The translations under genes and the position numbers were made by a program. A stretch of DNA of 55,390 nucleotides, taken from the NCBI GenBank assembly GCA_038231515.1, contig JBBRLF010000001.1:1-55390 (forward strand), given 5' to 3'. Under the pieces are notes generated by a model. That model worked only from the letters and a program-made list of their open reading frames with translations. It ran no database searches and had not been told where the DNA came from. Origin of the DNA: a candidate division WWE3 bacterium. GTDB taxonomy: Bacteria; Bdellovibrionota; UBA1018; UBA923. The stretch's first letter is position 1; each line of letters begins with the position of its first letter. Below, piece after piece: positions 43,412 to 52,586 of this stretch.

Positions 43412-44211
43412 GTTTTTTTATACAGAACGTCCCATAGCCACAGCCCGCACGCCGGGGCAGTGGGCCCTACTCCGGCCCGGTTTGGGGTCTCGAGCAGCTG
43501 CGCTACCCGCTCAGGGGGTGCCCGACGATTTCCGATAAAAACGAGGGTACCGGCAACACTCCGCACCATTCCTCGCAAAAAGCCACTGCCCGTCAGCCGC
43601 AGCACGCGCAGCTCGGTGGTGTGGCTGATGCCACGCCATTTGAAAGTGCCCCAGTAGGCCTCAAAAAGGGTCCGGGTGGTCGTCTTCACACTCGACCCTG
43701 CCGCGCAAAACGACTTGAAATCATGGCGTCCGGCCAGGGCTTTGGTCGCTTTTTCGACGGCTTTCCAGTCGAGCGGCATACGCAGGTGCCACGCATGGTC
43801 GCGCAGCTCGGGCAGCTGAACAGGGCTGGGATCAATGAAATAGAGATAAGTTTTTTTATCGATTTGGCGTAGCGCATGAAAATCCGGGGCCACCTGCTCG
43901 ATCCTCAGCACGCGAATGTCGCGTGGAAGCAGGCTATTGAGGCCCTGCACCAGCCTGGATTCGCCCAGAATAGGCGAGGGATTCTCGAGCAGGCGCAGCA
44001 CGGTATCAGGCACCGTGGCGTGCGCGACCTGAATACGCGCATGCACGCCGGCGTCGGTGCGGCCCGACGACATGATCGAGACTCGTGCGTTCGACATGAT
44101 CGAAAGTTTGGTTTCCAGAATTTCCTGGATCGTCTTGGGCGTGTTGAGCTGGCGCTGCCAGCCATGATAAAAGGTTCCGTCGTAGGTAAGATAGATTTTA
44201 AGACGGGCCAA
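43408..44211 (-). CDS. truA: tRNA pseudouridine(38-40) synthase TruA
   Basis: YDGTFYHGWQRQ and GRTDAGVHA motifs. 267 aa. Confidence 0.93.
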   Translation of the reverse strand: MARLKIYLTYDGTFYHGWQRQLNTPKTIQEILETKLSIMSNARVSIMSSGRTDAGVHARIQVAHATVPDTVLRLLENPSPILGESRLVQGLNSLLPRDIRVLRIEQVAPDFHALRQIDKKTYLYFIDPSPVQLPELRDHAWHLRMPLDWKAVEKATKALAGRHDFKSFCAAGSSVKTTTRTLFEAYWGTFKWRGISHTTELRVLRLTGSGFLRGMVRSVAGTLVFIGNRRAPPERVAQLLETPNRAGVGPTAPACGLWLWDVLYKKT

Positions 44212-45165
44212 TTAAAACTCGAACATCAGGCCGATGTAAGTGCCGTTGTAGGCGAAGTCGACGGGGCCCGAAATAGTGCGCAGAAACTCGAGCTGCGCCA
44301 TCAGATAGGTGTGCAGCACGCTATTGTCTTCGTACTGCGCCCAGGCATCTTTGCGCGTAATCCAATCCAGGTTAAAGGCCAGACCGCCCGTGACGTTATA
44401 ACCCCGCGACATACCGCGCCGACTGGGATGGTCGTCATTGCGGGTTTCGATAAAAGGAACACCCACCGCAGAAAGTGAGATGAACGGATCAATGAACCGG
44501 AGCTGTAAAAACCGGTACGAGGCGCCAATGCTGACGGGAAACGCCATAAAACGGAACGTCGTATCAGGACTCGAGGCACCCGATTTTGTGAAGACCCCCT
44601 TGCCTTGAATCGTAATGACGTTGAGGTGCCCCACAATGCCAAAGGCGCCCACGTAACGGTTGCGATAAAGCTGCCGTTCGACGAACAAGTCTGCACTGGG
44701 TGCGTATTTGGAATCAGGAGAGTAAACAGCTTCAAAGCTATTGGCCTGAACTTTGGACGAGGTGAGTTTGAATTGGTTTGAGGCCACAAACGAGAAACCC
44801 GCCGCCATATTCACGGTGCCCTTGAATTTAGGCTCAAGCTCAGGATTTTTTTTAATTGACTCGATGTAGGGCTGGGCACCATCGGGCCTGCCTGCACCAT
44901 CTTGCCGCAGCAGACGCTCGATATAGGGCTGCACGACACTGGGATCGCTCAAAACCGGCTTGCTCTCGATGCTTTCGGCCGGCGCTACCTTGGGCTCGGC
45001 AGCGCGTGGCGCCTCGGTCAGAGGCCGCGGCTTGATATCGTATTTTTGTTTGAGCGTCTCGATATAGGGCTGCACCTGATCGCTGTTTGAATAGTCCGGC
45101 TCGGCTGCCAGCACCGGGCCTAGCGAAATGCCAAACAACACGAGCGCTGAAACATAGCGAATCAT
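44212..45165 (-). CDS. Putative outer-membrane beta-barrel protein with three N-terminal QPYIE motifs (unknown family)
   Basis: I prefer the ATG at 45165 (MIRYVSALVLFGISLGPVLAA, signal peptide), which gives a 4-nt overlap with the upstream gene. The track start at 45249 lacks a signal peptide. The C-terminus is ...YIGLMFEF. Confidence 0.6.
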   Translation of the reverse strand: MIRYVSALVLFGISLGPVLAAEPDYSNSDQVQPYIETLKQKYDIKPRPLTEAPRAAEPKVAPAESIESKPVLSDPSVVQPYIERLLRQDGAGRPDGAQPYIESIKKNPELEPKFKGTVNMAAGFSFVASNQFKLTSSKVQANSFEAVYSPDSKYAPSADLFVERQLYRNRYVGAFGIVGHLNVITIQGKGVFTKSGASSPDTTFRFMAFPVSIGASYRFLQLRFIDPFISLSAVGVPFIETRNDDHPSRRGMSRGYNVTGGLAFNLDWITRKDAWAQYEDNSVLHTYLMAQLEFLRTISGPVDFAYNGTYIGLMFEF

Positions 45166-46652
45166 GTCGTCCTCCGCCGCATCGTCACGGCCATGGCCGT
45201 TCCCAGCAGCAACATCACGCCAAAAACCCACATATTGGCTCTGATCCAAAGAGACACACGCGCCATCTCAACTGTGGGCATGAGCAGCACACGGACAAAG
45301 GTCCGGTAGCTGGGGTTCTCAATCAGCCAGTGGGCGGCGGACGGGCTCCACGAATAATACCAATCGGTAAATGCGCGTCCCGCGGCGAAGTGATCCAGGA
45401 TCTGATCGCGAAACTGGCGCAAAGTTTCCAGCCGCGGATCCCACTCTTCACCGTAAGCGGCGCTGGCGATAAAACACGTCGAACGATTCAGAAAGCCATC
45501 GATTTGCGAAGGTGTTGCGCACTGATCTGGACTTGGCCGTTGAAGTTGTGAGGTCCAGTTGGCGTCGGTACTCACCCACCCTGCCGCGTTGATATAGCCG
45601 AGCGAAAAGCAGTACTGGATGTCGTTCACCAAACCATCAATCGTATAGACACCGCCCCCTACCGACGTATTCACTCGCTGAATGGTCCCATTCAGGCTGA
45701 CCGGATATTGGGTATTGCCCTCGACCACGACGCCAGTCACCGGCACGACGCTATCCGAGAGGGGCACGGTATTATTGACAAGCTTGATGCGCTGATCGCC
45801 TGTAACGAGTGAGAAGTTCAAAGTCGGCTTCAGAAACGTCTTAGGGGGTCCAACCACTGCGTTGGCGCCGGCAGGACAGTCTGAAAAGACGATCGATATC
45901 GGCAGATTGCTTTTCACATTCGTATCCGCATTAGACCCGGCATCAAGAAGGTGAAATGCCGAGCCCGCCGCAATAAGGCCAAAAGTAAGCGTAATTGGCC
46001 GGGGGTTTGTTCCCCCTGGCGGATTGCAGAAGGCCAGTGCCGCGGCAGCGTCAGCATGGGTGTTCGAAAGCAAAGCACATAAGCCATCGGAAAACGTCGT
46101 TACGGCGGCGCCACCTGCTACGGTGTCACCCACACGAAGGTCGCGCAAAGCAACGCCAAAGGTCACGGCCTCGCCCTCGTTGTTCCCATAGGCGATTTCG
46201 GTATTATCCACGCCATTGTAGATATGAGAATCCAACACCACGAGTGGCACCGCCACTCCGCTTGCCCCGCTGCCTCCGGTTGCCGTCTCGACACGAATCG
46301 ACACATCCGTTCCGCCCGCGCCAAGCGGAGTATGACCCGCGATAGTGGTCAGTGAGCCGACTGCGCTGGTGATCGTAAATGTCATCACCGAATTCAACAA
46401 GGTTCCGACGGCTGCCGTATTGTCCGTATTGATTGCCGCAGGCGGCGTTCGCGCCGGATCAATTGAAACCAGCGAAGTTTGTGGAGTACAGGTACCGTTA
46501 CCGGGGGTCGTCGGAAAATAATAAGTGGTCGTATTGGACGCGGCGATGACCCCGCCGTAGTTCACGGCTTGCACATTGAGCGCCTGCGCGGAAAACGGCA
46601 GCGCCAGCCAAGCCAAGCCCACAATTCCGAGTTGAAAAACGTACCGCGACAC
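45162..46652 (-). CDS. Exported Thr/Gly/Val-rich surface-protein-like ORF with a conserved-looking Cys-led C-terminal module, TM helix and RRR tail
   Basis: Signal peptide MSRYVFQLGIVGLAWLALPFSAQA. A beta-rich body with an FN3-like segment (YTIDGLVNDIQYCFSLGYINAAGWVS). C-terminal CFIASAAYGEEWDPRLETLRQFRDQIL...MWVFGVMLLLGTAMAVTMRRRTT. Confidence 0.65.
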   Translation of the reverse strand: MSRYVFQLGIVGLAWLALPFSAQALNVQAVNYGGVIAASNTTTYYFPTTPGNGTCTPQTSLVSIDPARTPPAAINTDNTAAVGTLLNSVMTFTITSAVGSLTTIAGHTPLGAGGTDVSIRVETATGGSGASGVAVPLVVLDSHIYNGVDNTEIAYGNNEGEAVTFGVALRDLRVGDTVAGGAAVTTFSDGLCALLSNTHADAAAALAFCNPPGGTNPRPITLTFGLIAAGSAFHLLDAGSNADTNVKSNLPISIVFSDCPAGANAVVGPPKTFLKPTLNFSLVTGDQRIKLVNNTVPLSDSVVPVTGVVVEGNTQYPVSLNGTIQRVNTSVGGGVYTIDGLVNDIQYCFSLGYINAAGWVSTDANWTSQLQRPSPDQCATPSQIDGFLNRSTCFIASAAYGEEWDPRLETLRQFRDQILDHFAAGRAFTDWYYSWSPSAAHWLIENPSYRTFVRVLLMPTVEMARVSLWIRANMWVFGVMLLLGTAMAVTMRRRTT

Positions 46653-46725
46653 GACGCCTACCCCTTTGAAATAACTGCCACCACGCTAAATTCATCACGG
46701 TCCATCTGGCAAGAAACAGTTTCAA

Positions 46726-47760
46726 CTATTTGATCAAACCGCGGGCAATAGCGGCTTCGGCGATCTGAACTGCGTTGAGCGCCGCGCCCTTTCTGAGATT
46801 GTCGCCCACGACCCAAAAAGTAAGCCCGTGCTGGCCTTCGCCCAGGGACGGATCCTTGCGAATACGCCCCACGTAAACGTCATCTTTACCCGAAACGTCC
46901 AGCGCCAGCGGATAGGTATTCGTCGCCGGATCATCGAAAACCTTAACCCCTGCCATCGCTCCAAGCGCTGCCCGGGCCTGTTCTGGCGTAACCGGTTTTT
47001 CGGTTTCGATCGTCACCGACTCGGAGTGGCAATTCAGAACCGGCACGCGCACACAGGTGGCGACCACGCGAATCGACGAGTCGCCCAGAATCTTGCGGGT
47101 TTCCTCCATCACTTTATGTTCTTCGCCGGTAAACCCGTCATCGCGAAAAGTATCGATGTGCGGCAGACAGTTAAAGGCGATTGGATGAGGAAAGGCCTCG
47201 ACCGTAAGCTTCTTGCCATCGACGTGCTCGCGAATCTGGCGCTTGAACTCGTCGATGCCTTTTTGCCCTTTGCCGGATACCGCCTGGTAGCTGGCCAGAA
47301 TTACGCGTTTGACGCGAAAGCGGTCATGCAATGGCTTGAGCGCCATAACCAGCTGGGCCGTGGTGCAGTTGGGGTTGGCCACAACGCGAGTTTCGCGTGC
47401 GCCATCAAGTGCCGCTCCGTTCACTTCGGGCACGACCAGCGGTACGTCGGCACGCATGCGAAAGATACTGGCGTTGTCGATAACCATGGCCCCGGCCGCG
47501 GCGGCGCGAAAGGCATGCTGCTCGCTGACACTGCTGCCCGAGGTGAAAAAAACAATATCCAGACCCGCGAAAGACTCATTGTCACCCAGCGCTTCGAGCG
47601 CCGTCTTGTGCTGACCGACTGTAACCTTCTGGCCCGCGCTGCGCTGGGACGAAAACAGGCGCAGCGACGAGAACGGAAACGAGCGCTGCGCAAGCGTGGC
47701 CAGAACTTCGCGGCCCACGGCACCACTGGCTCCGACGACGGCGACGCTGAACTTTTTCAT
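46726..47760 (-). CDS. asd: Aspartate-semialdehyde dehydrogenase
   Basis: VGASGAVG N-terminus, active-site region NPNCTT, 344 aa. Confidence 0.95.
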   Translation of the reverse strand: MKKFSVAVVGASGAVGREVLATLAQRSFPFSSLRLFSSQRSAGQKVTVGQHKTALEALGDNESFAGLDIVFFTSGSSVSEQHAFRAAAAGAMVIDNASIFRMRADVPLVVPEVNGAALDGARETRVVANPNCTTAQLVMALKPLHDRFRVKRVILASYQAVSGKGQKGIDEFKRQIREHVDGKKLTVEAFPHPIAFNCLPHIDTFRDDGFTGEEHKVMEETRKILGDSSIRVVATCVRVPVLNCHSESVTIETEKPVTPEQARAALGAMAGVKVFDDPATNTYPLALDVSGKDDVYVGRIRKDPSLGEGQHGLTFWVVGDNLRKGAALNAVQIAEAAIARGLIK

Positions 47761-47773
47761 GGCTCTTTACTCC

Positions 47774-48517
47774 TCAGTGTTCCGCTTTTGAAGCCGGAGC
47801 CGCCACGGCATCCTTACGGCGAAAGGCGACGCGATAAGCATCCATGATCAAACCTACGACCGTGAACAGGACGCAGATCACGAAAAGCGTGACTTCTGGC
47901 TTCACGGCAATCAGCACCAAGGTCAGAATACCCACGGCCAGCACACCAAACGAGTTTTCGCGGCTGACCTTGAAATCCTTGAAGGACGGAAAGCGAATCG
48001 TGCTGATCATCAGCGAACCCAGCGCCATGACCGTTACAGGAATGAACCAGTCCTTGGTATTGGGGCCGGGCTTAAGCCCGATCTCATTGTAAAAAATAAT
48101 GGAAGTCGCGATAGTTGCGGCGGCCAGCGGGCTGGGTAGCCCCTGAAAATATTTCTTGGGTACGGTATTCACCATGACGTTGAAACGCGCCAGGCGCAGT
48201 GCCGCGCAAACGACAAACAAAAACGAGGCCAGCCAGCCCAGGCGGCCCCAAGGCTCCAGCGCCCAGAGATAGGCGGTCAGGCCCGGCGCCATGCCAAACG
48301 AGATCAGGTCGGAAAGGGAATCGTACTGCACGCCAAACTCGCTGGTTGCGCGAGTCAGCCGCGCCACTCGGCCGTCCATCGTGTCAAAAATCATCGCGAC
48401 CAGAATCGACCAGCCCGCAGTAAGAAAGTTGCCATGAATGGCGGCAACAATCGCATAGAATCCGCAAAACATGTTCGCTGTCGTGAAGAGATTCGGCAGT
48501 ACGTAGATCTTTTTCAT
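47774..48517 (-). CDS. pssA: CDP-diacylglycerol--serine O-phosphatidyltransferase
   Basis: CDP-alcohol phosphatidyltransferase motif DTMDGRVARLTRATSEFGVQYDSLSD. Confidence 0.9.
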   Translation of the reverse strand: MKKIYVLPNLFTTANMFCGFYAIVAAIHGNFLTAGWSILVAMIFDTMDGRVARLTRATSEFGVQYDSLSDLISFGMAPGLTAYLWALEPWGRLGWLASFLFVVCAALRLARFNVMVNTVPKKYFQGLPSPLAAATIATSIIFYNEIGLKPGPNTKDWFIPVTVMALGSLMISTIRFPSFKDFKVSRENSFGVLAVGILTLVLIAVKPEVTLFVICVLFTVVGLIMDAYRVAFRRKDAVAAPASKAEH

Positions 48518-48521
48518 TGGT

Positions 48522-49229
48522 CTACTTTCCGGTCGTAATGTTGAGCCGGGCCAGCTTGGTTACACCTGCCACGGTTCGTTCTCCAACTTTAACCAGTATA
48601 TCAGAGGACGCGGGGACTACGACTTCCATCCTCGAACCGAACCGAATCATGCCATAACGCTCGCCGCGCACCAGCCGCTCGCCTGGCGCCACATAGCAGA
48701 CAATACGACGAGCAATAAAGCCGGCGATCTGAACAAACGCGACTTTGGGCCCCAGGTCAGACTTCATCACCACCCAGTTGTGCTCATTTTCTTCAGACGC
48801 CTTGTCCAGGTCGGCCTTAAAGAACTTGCCCTTATGGTACTGCACGGCTTCGATCATGCCCGCAACCGGCGCACGGTTGACGTGAACATCAACTGGCGAC
48901 ATGAAGATGCTGACCTTTTTTGCCGACTTCTCACCAATTTTGGTGCCGGAAACTTCCTTTACGCTCAAAACCCGCCCACACGCTGGCGAAACCACCGCCT
49001 GCACGTCGTCGGTCGGCGTCTGCACCTCGGGACACCGGTAAAACCAAACCGAGAATGCCGTGAAAAATCCGGCAAGACCGGCCAGCCCGCCAAAAATCCA
49101 AAGCAAGGCGCCGTCATGTTCGACCAGTAATATAACTCCGCTCGCGATCGTCAGAAGCAGCCCGCCAAAAATATACGGGAAGCCTTCGATCTGAACCGGC
49201 AATGTGTGTTCTTTTAGCTTACGATTCAT
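48522..49229 (-). CDS. psd: Phosphatidylserine decarboxylase proenzyme (short type)
   Basis: Two N-terminal TM segments. FGSR self-cleavage site near the C-terminus. Adjacent to pssA. Confidence 0.85.
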   Translation of the reverse strand: MNRKLKEHTLPVQIEGFPYIFGGLLLTIASGVILLVEHDGALLWIFGGLAGLAGFFTAFSVWFYRCPEVQTPTDDVQAVVSPACGRVLSVKEVSGTKIGEKSAKKVSIFMSPVDVHVNRAPVAGMIEAVQYHKGKFFKADLDKASEENEHNWVVMKSDLGPKVAFVQIAGFIARRIVCYVAPGERLVRGERYGMIRFGSRMEVVVPASSDILVKVGERTVAGVTKLARLNITTGK

Positions 49230-49264
49230 AGTTGATTTAGTAGTGGACCGTATCAGGCGTGTTT

Positions 49265-49933
49265 CTACTTCGCAAGGGAAACCCCTAGCTTTACCTCGGC
49301 TTGCGACGGGCGCAGGTAGTTTGCAGCCAACTCACCATAGCGCATCGCGGCTACTCCTTCCAGCGCGCCCAGAATGCCCTTGGGCGACACCTGGGTCACG
49401 CCACTAAACCGCGCACCCTCGAGCTGTTCGAGTTCCGCACGATAGAGCTCGGCGCCACTGCCACTGAAAATCAGCGGTGCGTTTTTGGAAAGTGCAGCAC
49501 CAACCGTTTCCCGCCAAACGGCAGCGGTCATCGCGTCTTCCACCCATGAGCCGTCCTGCCACCAGCCGACGAAGACCTGTCCCTGATACGCATTGACGAC
49601 GGCCACCGTATTCTGGCCGGCGTCTGCGGAACAGGCGGTCGCCCGCAGCGAGGAAAAAGGCAGTACGGGCTTGCTCAGCACCTGGGCCAGCGCCTTCACC
49701 GTCGCGCAGCCAATTCGAATTCCCGTAAACGACCCCGGGCCCACGCCTGCCGCAAACGCGTCAATTTCGTCCAGCCGCAGCCCGCTCAGCCGCAGCAGCT
49801 CGTGCAGATGCGGCAGCAGGGATTCGCTGTGAGCAACATCCACAGAGCCGGCCCGCTCTTTAAGAATCGCCCCGTCCACAATCGTGCACAGCGCGGCCTG
49901 AATCTGCGAGGTATCCAGCGCCAGAACGCGCAT
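49265..49933 (-). CDS. tsaB: tRNA t6A biosynthesis protein TsaB
   Basis: MRVLALDTS..., GPGSFTGIRIG motif. Confidence 0.88.
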   Translation of the reverse strand: MRVLALDTSQIQAALCTIVDGAILKERAGSVDVAHSESLLPHLHELLRLSGLRLDEIDAFAAGVGPGSFTGIRIGCATVKALAQVLSKPVLPFSSLRATACSADAGQNTVAVVNAYQGQVFVGWWQDGSWVEDAMTAAVWRETVGAALSKNAPLIFSGSGAELYRAELEQLEGARFSGVTQVSPKGILGALEGVAAMRYGELAANYLRPSQAEVKLGVSLAK

Positions 49934-51642
49934 TACTGAAAAAATTGCTTCAGGCTGGGCAAGGCCACGCGCGAAATGTCATTGAACAACACCACCACGA
50001 GCAGCAGTACGATCAGCGACAAACCTACTTGTTGAACAACTTCCGTCTGACGCAGGCTGATCGGCTTGCCACGCACCACCTCGACGAGCAGCAAGAAGAT
50101 ATGACCGCCATCCAGAATCGGCACCGGAAGAATATTAAAAATCGCCAGACTGATACTGATCAGCGCCATGACTCTCAGAAAAGAAGAAAGTCCGCGCGCC
50201 ATCGAATCGCCCGCGAGCTTGCCGATAAGAATCGGGCCACCCAGCGTGCCCACCGACACCTGCCGAAAGAAAAGTTTTTTGATCGAAACCAGCGTCTTTC
50301 CTGAAAGGTCAAGCGCGCGTGACCAGGCTTCAATCGTCAGAGTGAACGGATTGAAAATGCGCTCGACGAACATCTCGGGCTCGCTCTGCACAAACAGGGG
50401 ATACACCCCCATGAGAAACTGCTTGGTTTCGTGGCCGGCCGGGTCGTGCCCGACTTCGACGATTGGCGTGATGTGCTTCTTGAGCATCTTGCCCTTGCGT
50501 TCAACCACCAGGTCAAACGAGCCGGTGCTTTCGCCCGCCTTTTGCACGAGATCTTTCAAATCTTGAAACGACGGCACCGGCGTGCCATCAAGCGACACGA
50601 GCCGATCGCCAATCTCGATGCCCGCCGTCAGGGCGGGCGAGCCATCTTTTAGATTGGCAACAAACAACTCGGTCGAAAACAGTCCCAGCTGATCAAACGG
50701 ACGCGCCGGCAGCGAGGCCTGCGCGGATGGCTTGAGCGACGGCTGAGGCCGGCTATCGGGAGTCCAGTAGCTGGCGTCGTGCGGTGCAAAACCAAACGAG
50801 AACGTGCTGTCGTTCTTCGTCATCGCCAACTTGGCCTCGCTCTGAATCGTTTCCCAGTTTTTCACGGCAGCGCCGTTAAAAACCAGAATCTCGTCGCCAG
50901 TTTTGAAGCCCGCCTTTGCTGCGGCCGACGCGGGATTCGAAACCCCCACCGTGGTGTAGCGGCCAATGTTGAAAAGCCCTTCGATCGAACCGACCTCAAC
51001 ATTTTCGCCATAGACGCTTAAGCCGGGTACCGGCTGTGGCTCGGCTTTGATTTCGCGCACTGTAACTTTGGGTGCCGCCGCGGCCTTCAAGGATGGCAAA
51101 GTGCGCTTGATGCGAAAGGTAAGCTGCTTGCCCGGTGACTCGGAAATCACGCGCGCGACTTCTTCAAACTTCGTCACGATCTGACGATCAACCGCGGTAA
51201 TCACGTCACCGCTGCGAAAACCGGTAATATAGGCCTGGCTACCGGGCACAACCCGTTCCACCACCGGTGCCATATGCGGCTCGCCGATAACCAGCATCAT
51301 GGCGAAGACGAAAATCGCGAATAAAAAGTTGAAGAGTGGACCGGCTACGAAAACCAGAAAGCGTTTCCAGGCGTCCAGATTGTTAAGCGCGCGATTACGA
51401 AACTGCGGCTCAATGGCTTCGGTTGGATCCTGGCCGTAAAGCTTGACGTATCCGCCCAGCGGCACAATGGAGAGGCAGTATTCCGTCTCGCCCCACTTTT
51501 TCTTGAGAAACTTCGGACCAAACCCCATTGAAAAGGTGTCGACGCGCACATTGAACAGCTTCGCGAAAATGAAGTGTCCGAACTCATGCACGAAAACCAG
51601 GGGACCCAGCAGCAAGATAAAGGACGCGACGTAGAGGAACAT
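49933..51642 (-). CDS. rseP: RIP (site-2) zinc metalloprotease RseP with extended PDZ region
   Basis: HEFGHF motif in TM1, multiple PDZ-like segments, C-terminal NILPVPILDGG. 569 aa. Confidence 0.93.
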   Translation of the reverse strand: MFLYVASFILLLGPLVFVHEFGHFIFAKLFNVRVDTFSMGFGPKFLKKKWGETEYCLSIVPLGGYVKLYGQDPTEAIEPQFRNRALNNLDAWKRFLVFVAGPLFNFLFAIFVFAMMLVIGEPHMAPVVERVVPGSQAYITGFRSGDVITAVDRQIVTKFEEVARVISESPGKQLTFRIKRTLPSLKAAAAPKVTVREIKAEPQPVPGLSVYGENVEVGSIEGLFNIGRYTTVGVSNPASAAAKAGFKTGDEILVFNGAAVKNWETIQSEAKLAMTKNDSTFSFGFAPHDASYWTPDSRPQPSLKPSAQASLPARPFDQLGLFSTELFVANLKDGSPALTAGIEIGDRLVSLDGTPVPSFQDLKDLVQKAGESTGSFDLVVERKGKMLKKHITPIVEVGHDPAGHETKQFLMGVYPLFVQSEPEMFVERIFNPFTLTIEAWSRALDLSGKTLVSIKKLFFRQVSVGTLGGPILIGKLAGDSMARGLSSFLRVMALISISLAIFNILPVPILDGGHIFLLLVEVVRGKPISLRQTEVVQQVGLSLIVLLLVVVLFNDISRVALPSLKQFFQ

Positions 51643-51677
51643 TGTGCTTGGATGCTATCTTGTGAGCTAGCGCCTTA

Positions 51678-51732
51678 TCAACAACAAATGAGCGGTCAAC
51701 GCCGCCCCGTTCCGGGGTCGGCTGCCGCTCAA
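51678..51732 (-). repeat. Intergenic palindromic element, copy B (hairpin beginning at the cdsA stop codon)
   Basis: The minus strand reads TGAGCGG-ca-GCCGaCCCCG-gaa-CGGGGCGGC-gttga-CCGCTC-ATTTGTTGTTGA. Confidence 0.7.
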
Positions 51733-52586
51733 CTGAAGATTTTCACGCAGAAGTACATAATTGGCAGACTGAAGAGCACCCCGTCAAAGCGGTCGAGAAT
51801 TCCACCATGACCCGGCAAAATTTTACTGGAATCCTTGATTTTGTAGGCCCGCTTGAAAAAGGATTCACACAGATCGCCGATCTGTGAGCTGACTCCGACG
51901 ACCAACGCGGTTGCCACCGCGCCAAACCAACTCAAGGCGCTAAAGGCGACCAGCTTGAAGATCAGCGTCAGCGCGATACTCGAAAGCAAGCCGCCGCCCG
52001 CTCCCTCGACCGACTTACCGGGACTGATGAGCGGGTACAGCTTGGTCTTGCCCCACTTGCGCCCGACAAAGTAGGCCCCGGTATCCCCGGCCCACACGAT
52101 GAACAGAAAAAGCAGCAGCCACTTGATGCCGTTGGCGCCATCCCGGATCAGCGGTAAAAAAGCCACGAACGTGACGACATAAACCAGCACGAAGACGGTG
52201 AAAACCAGCTCGTCAAAATGCTTGCGCAGATCGTTGGGATGGCGCTCGGCCACCGCCAAAAAGTAAGTGAAGAGCCCCATGAAAGAGACGATCAGGCATT
52301 CGAGCATCGACTTCGGAAACAGCATGTTCGCGAAAATCGTCAACCAGGAAATTCCCACCAGCGCGATCAGCTTTTCGCGATGGTCCGACAGCGAATAAAA
52401 CGCGTTGCTCAGCTCCCAGCACATCAGCCCACCCAGAATTGCCGAGGCAAACGAAACACCCAGATGTCCGCCGATCAGAAAAAGCGCGAGCATAAAGCCG
52501 CCGCCCACGACGCCCGTGATAACCCGTGTTCTCGTTTCCTTGCCCCTATCTGCCGCCTTTTTCGGATCCGTCGTGGATACCGACAC
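51729..52586 (-). CDS. cdsA: Phosphatidate cytidylyltransferase
   Basis: Signature SQIGDLCESFFKRAYKIKDSSKILPGHGGILDRFD. Confidence 0.93.
   Translation of the reverse strand: MSVSTTDPKKAADRGKETRTRVITGVVGGGFMLALFLIGGHLGVSFASAILGGLMCWELSNAFYSLSDHREKLIALVGISWLTIFANMLFPKSMLECLIVSFMGLFTYFLAVAERHPNDLRKHFDELVFTVFVLVYVVTFVAFLPLIRDGANGIKWLLLFLFIVWAGDTGAYFVGRKWGKTKLYPLISPGKSVEGAGGGLLSSIALTLIFKLVAFSALSWFGAVATALVVGVSSQIGDLCESFFKRAYKIKDSSKILPGHGGILDRFDGVLFSLPIMYFCVKIFS

Noticed and set aside
45166-45249. N-terminal 28-codon extension of the OMP-like gene
   Set aside because: It overlaps the upstream gene and lacks a signal peptide. The internal ATG at 45165 gives a signal peptide and a 4-nt overlap.
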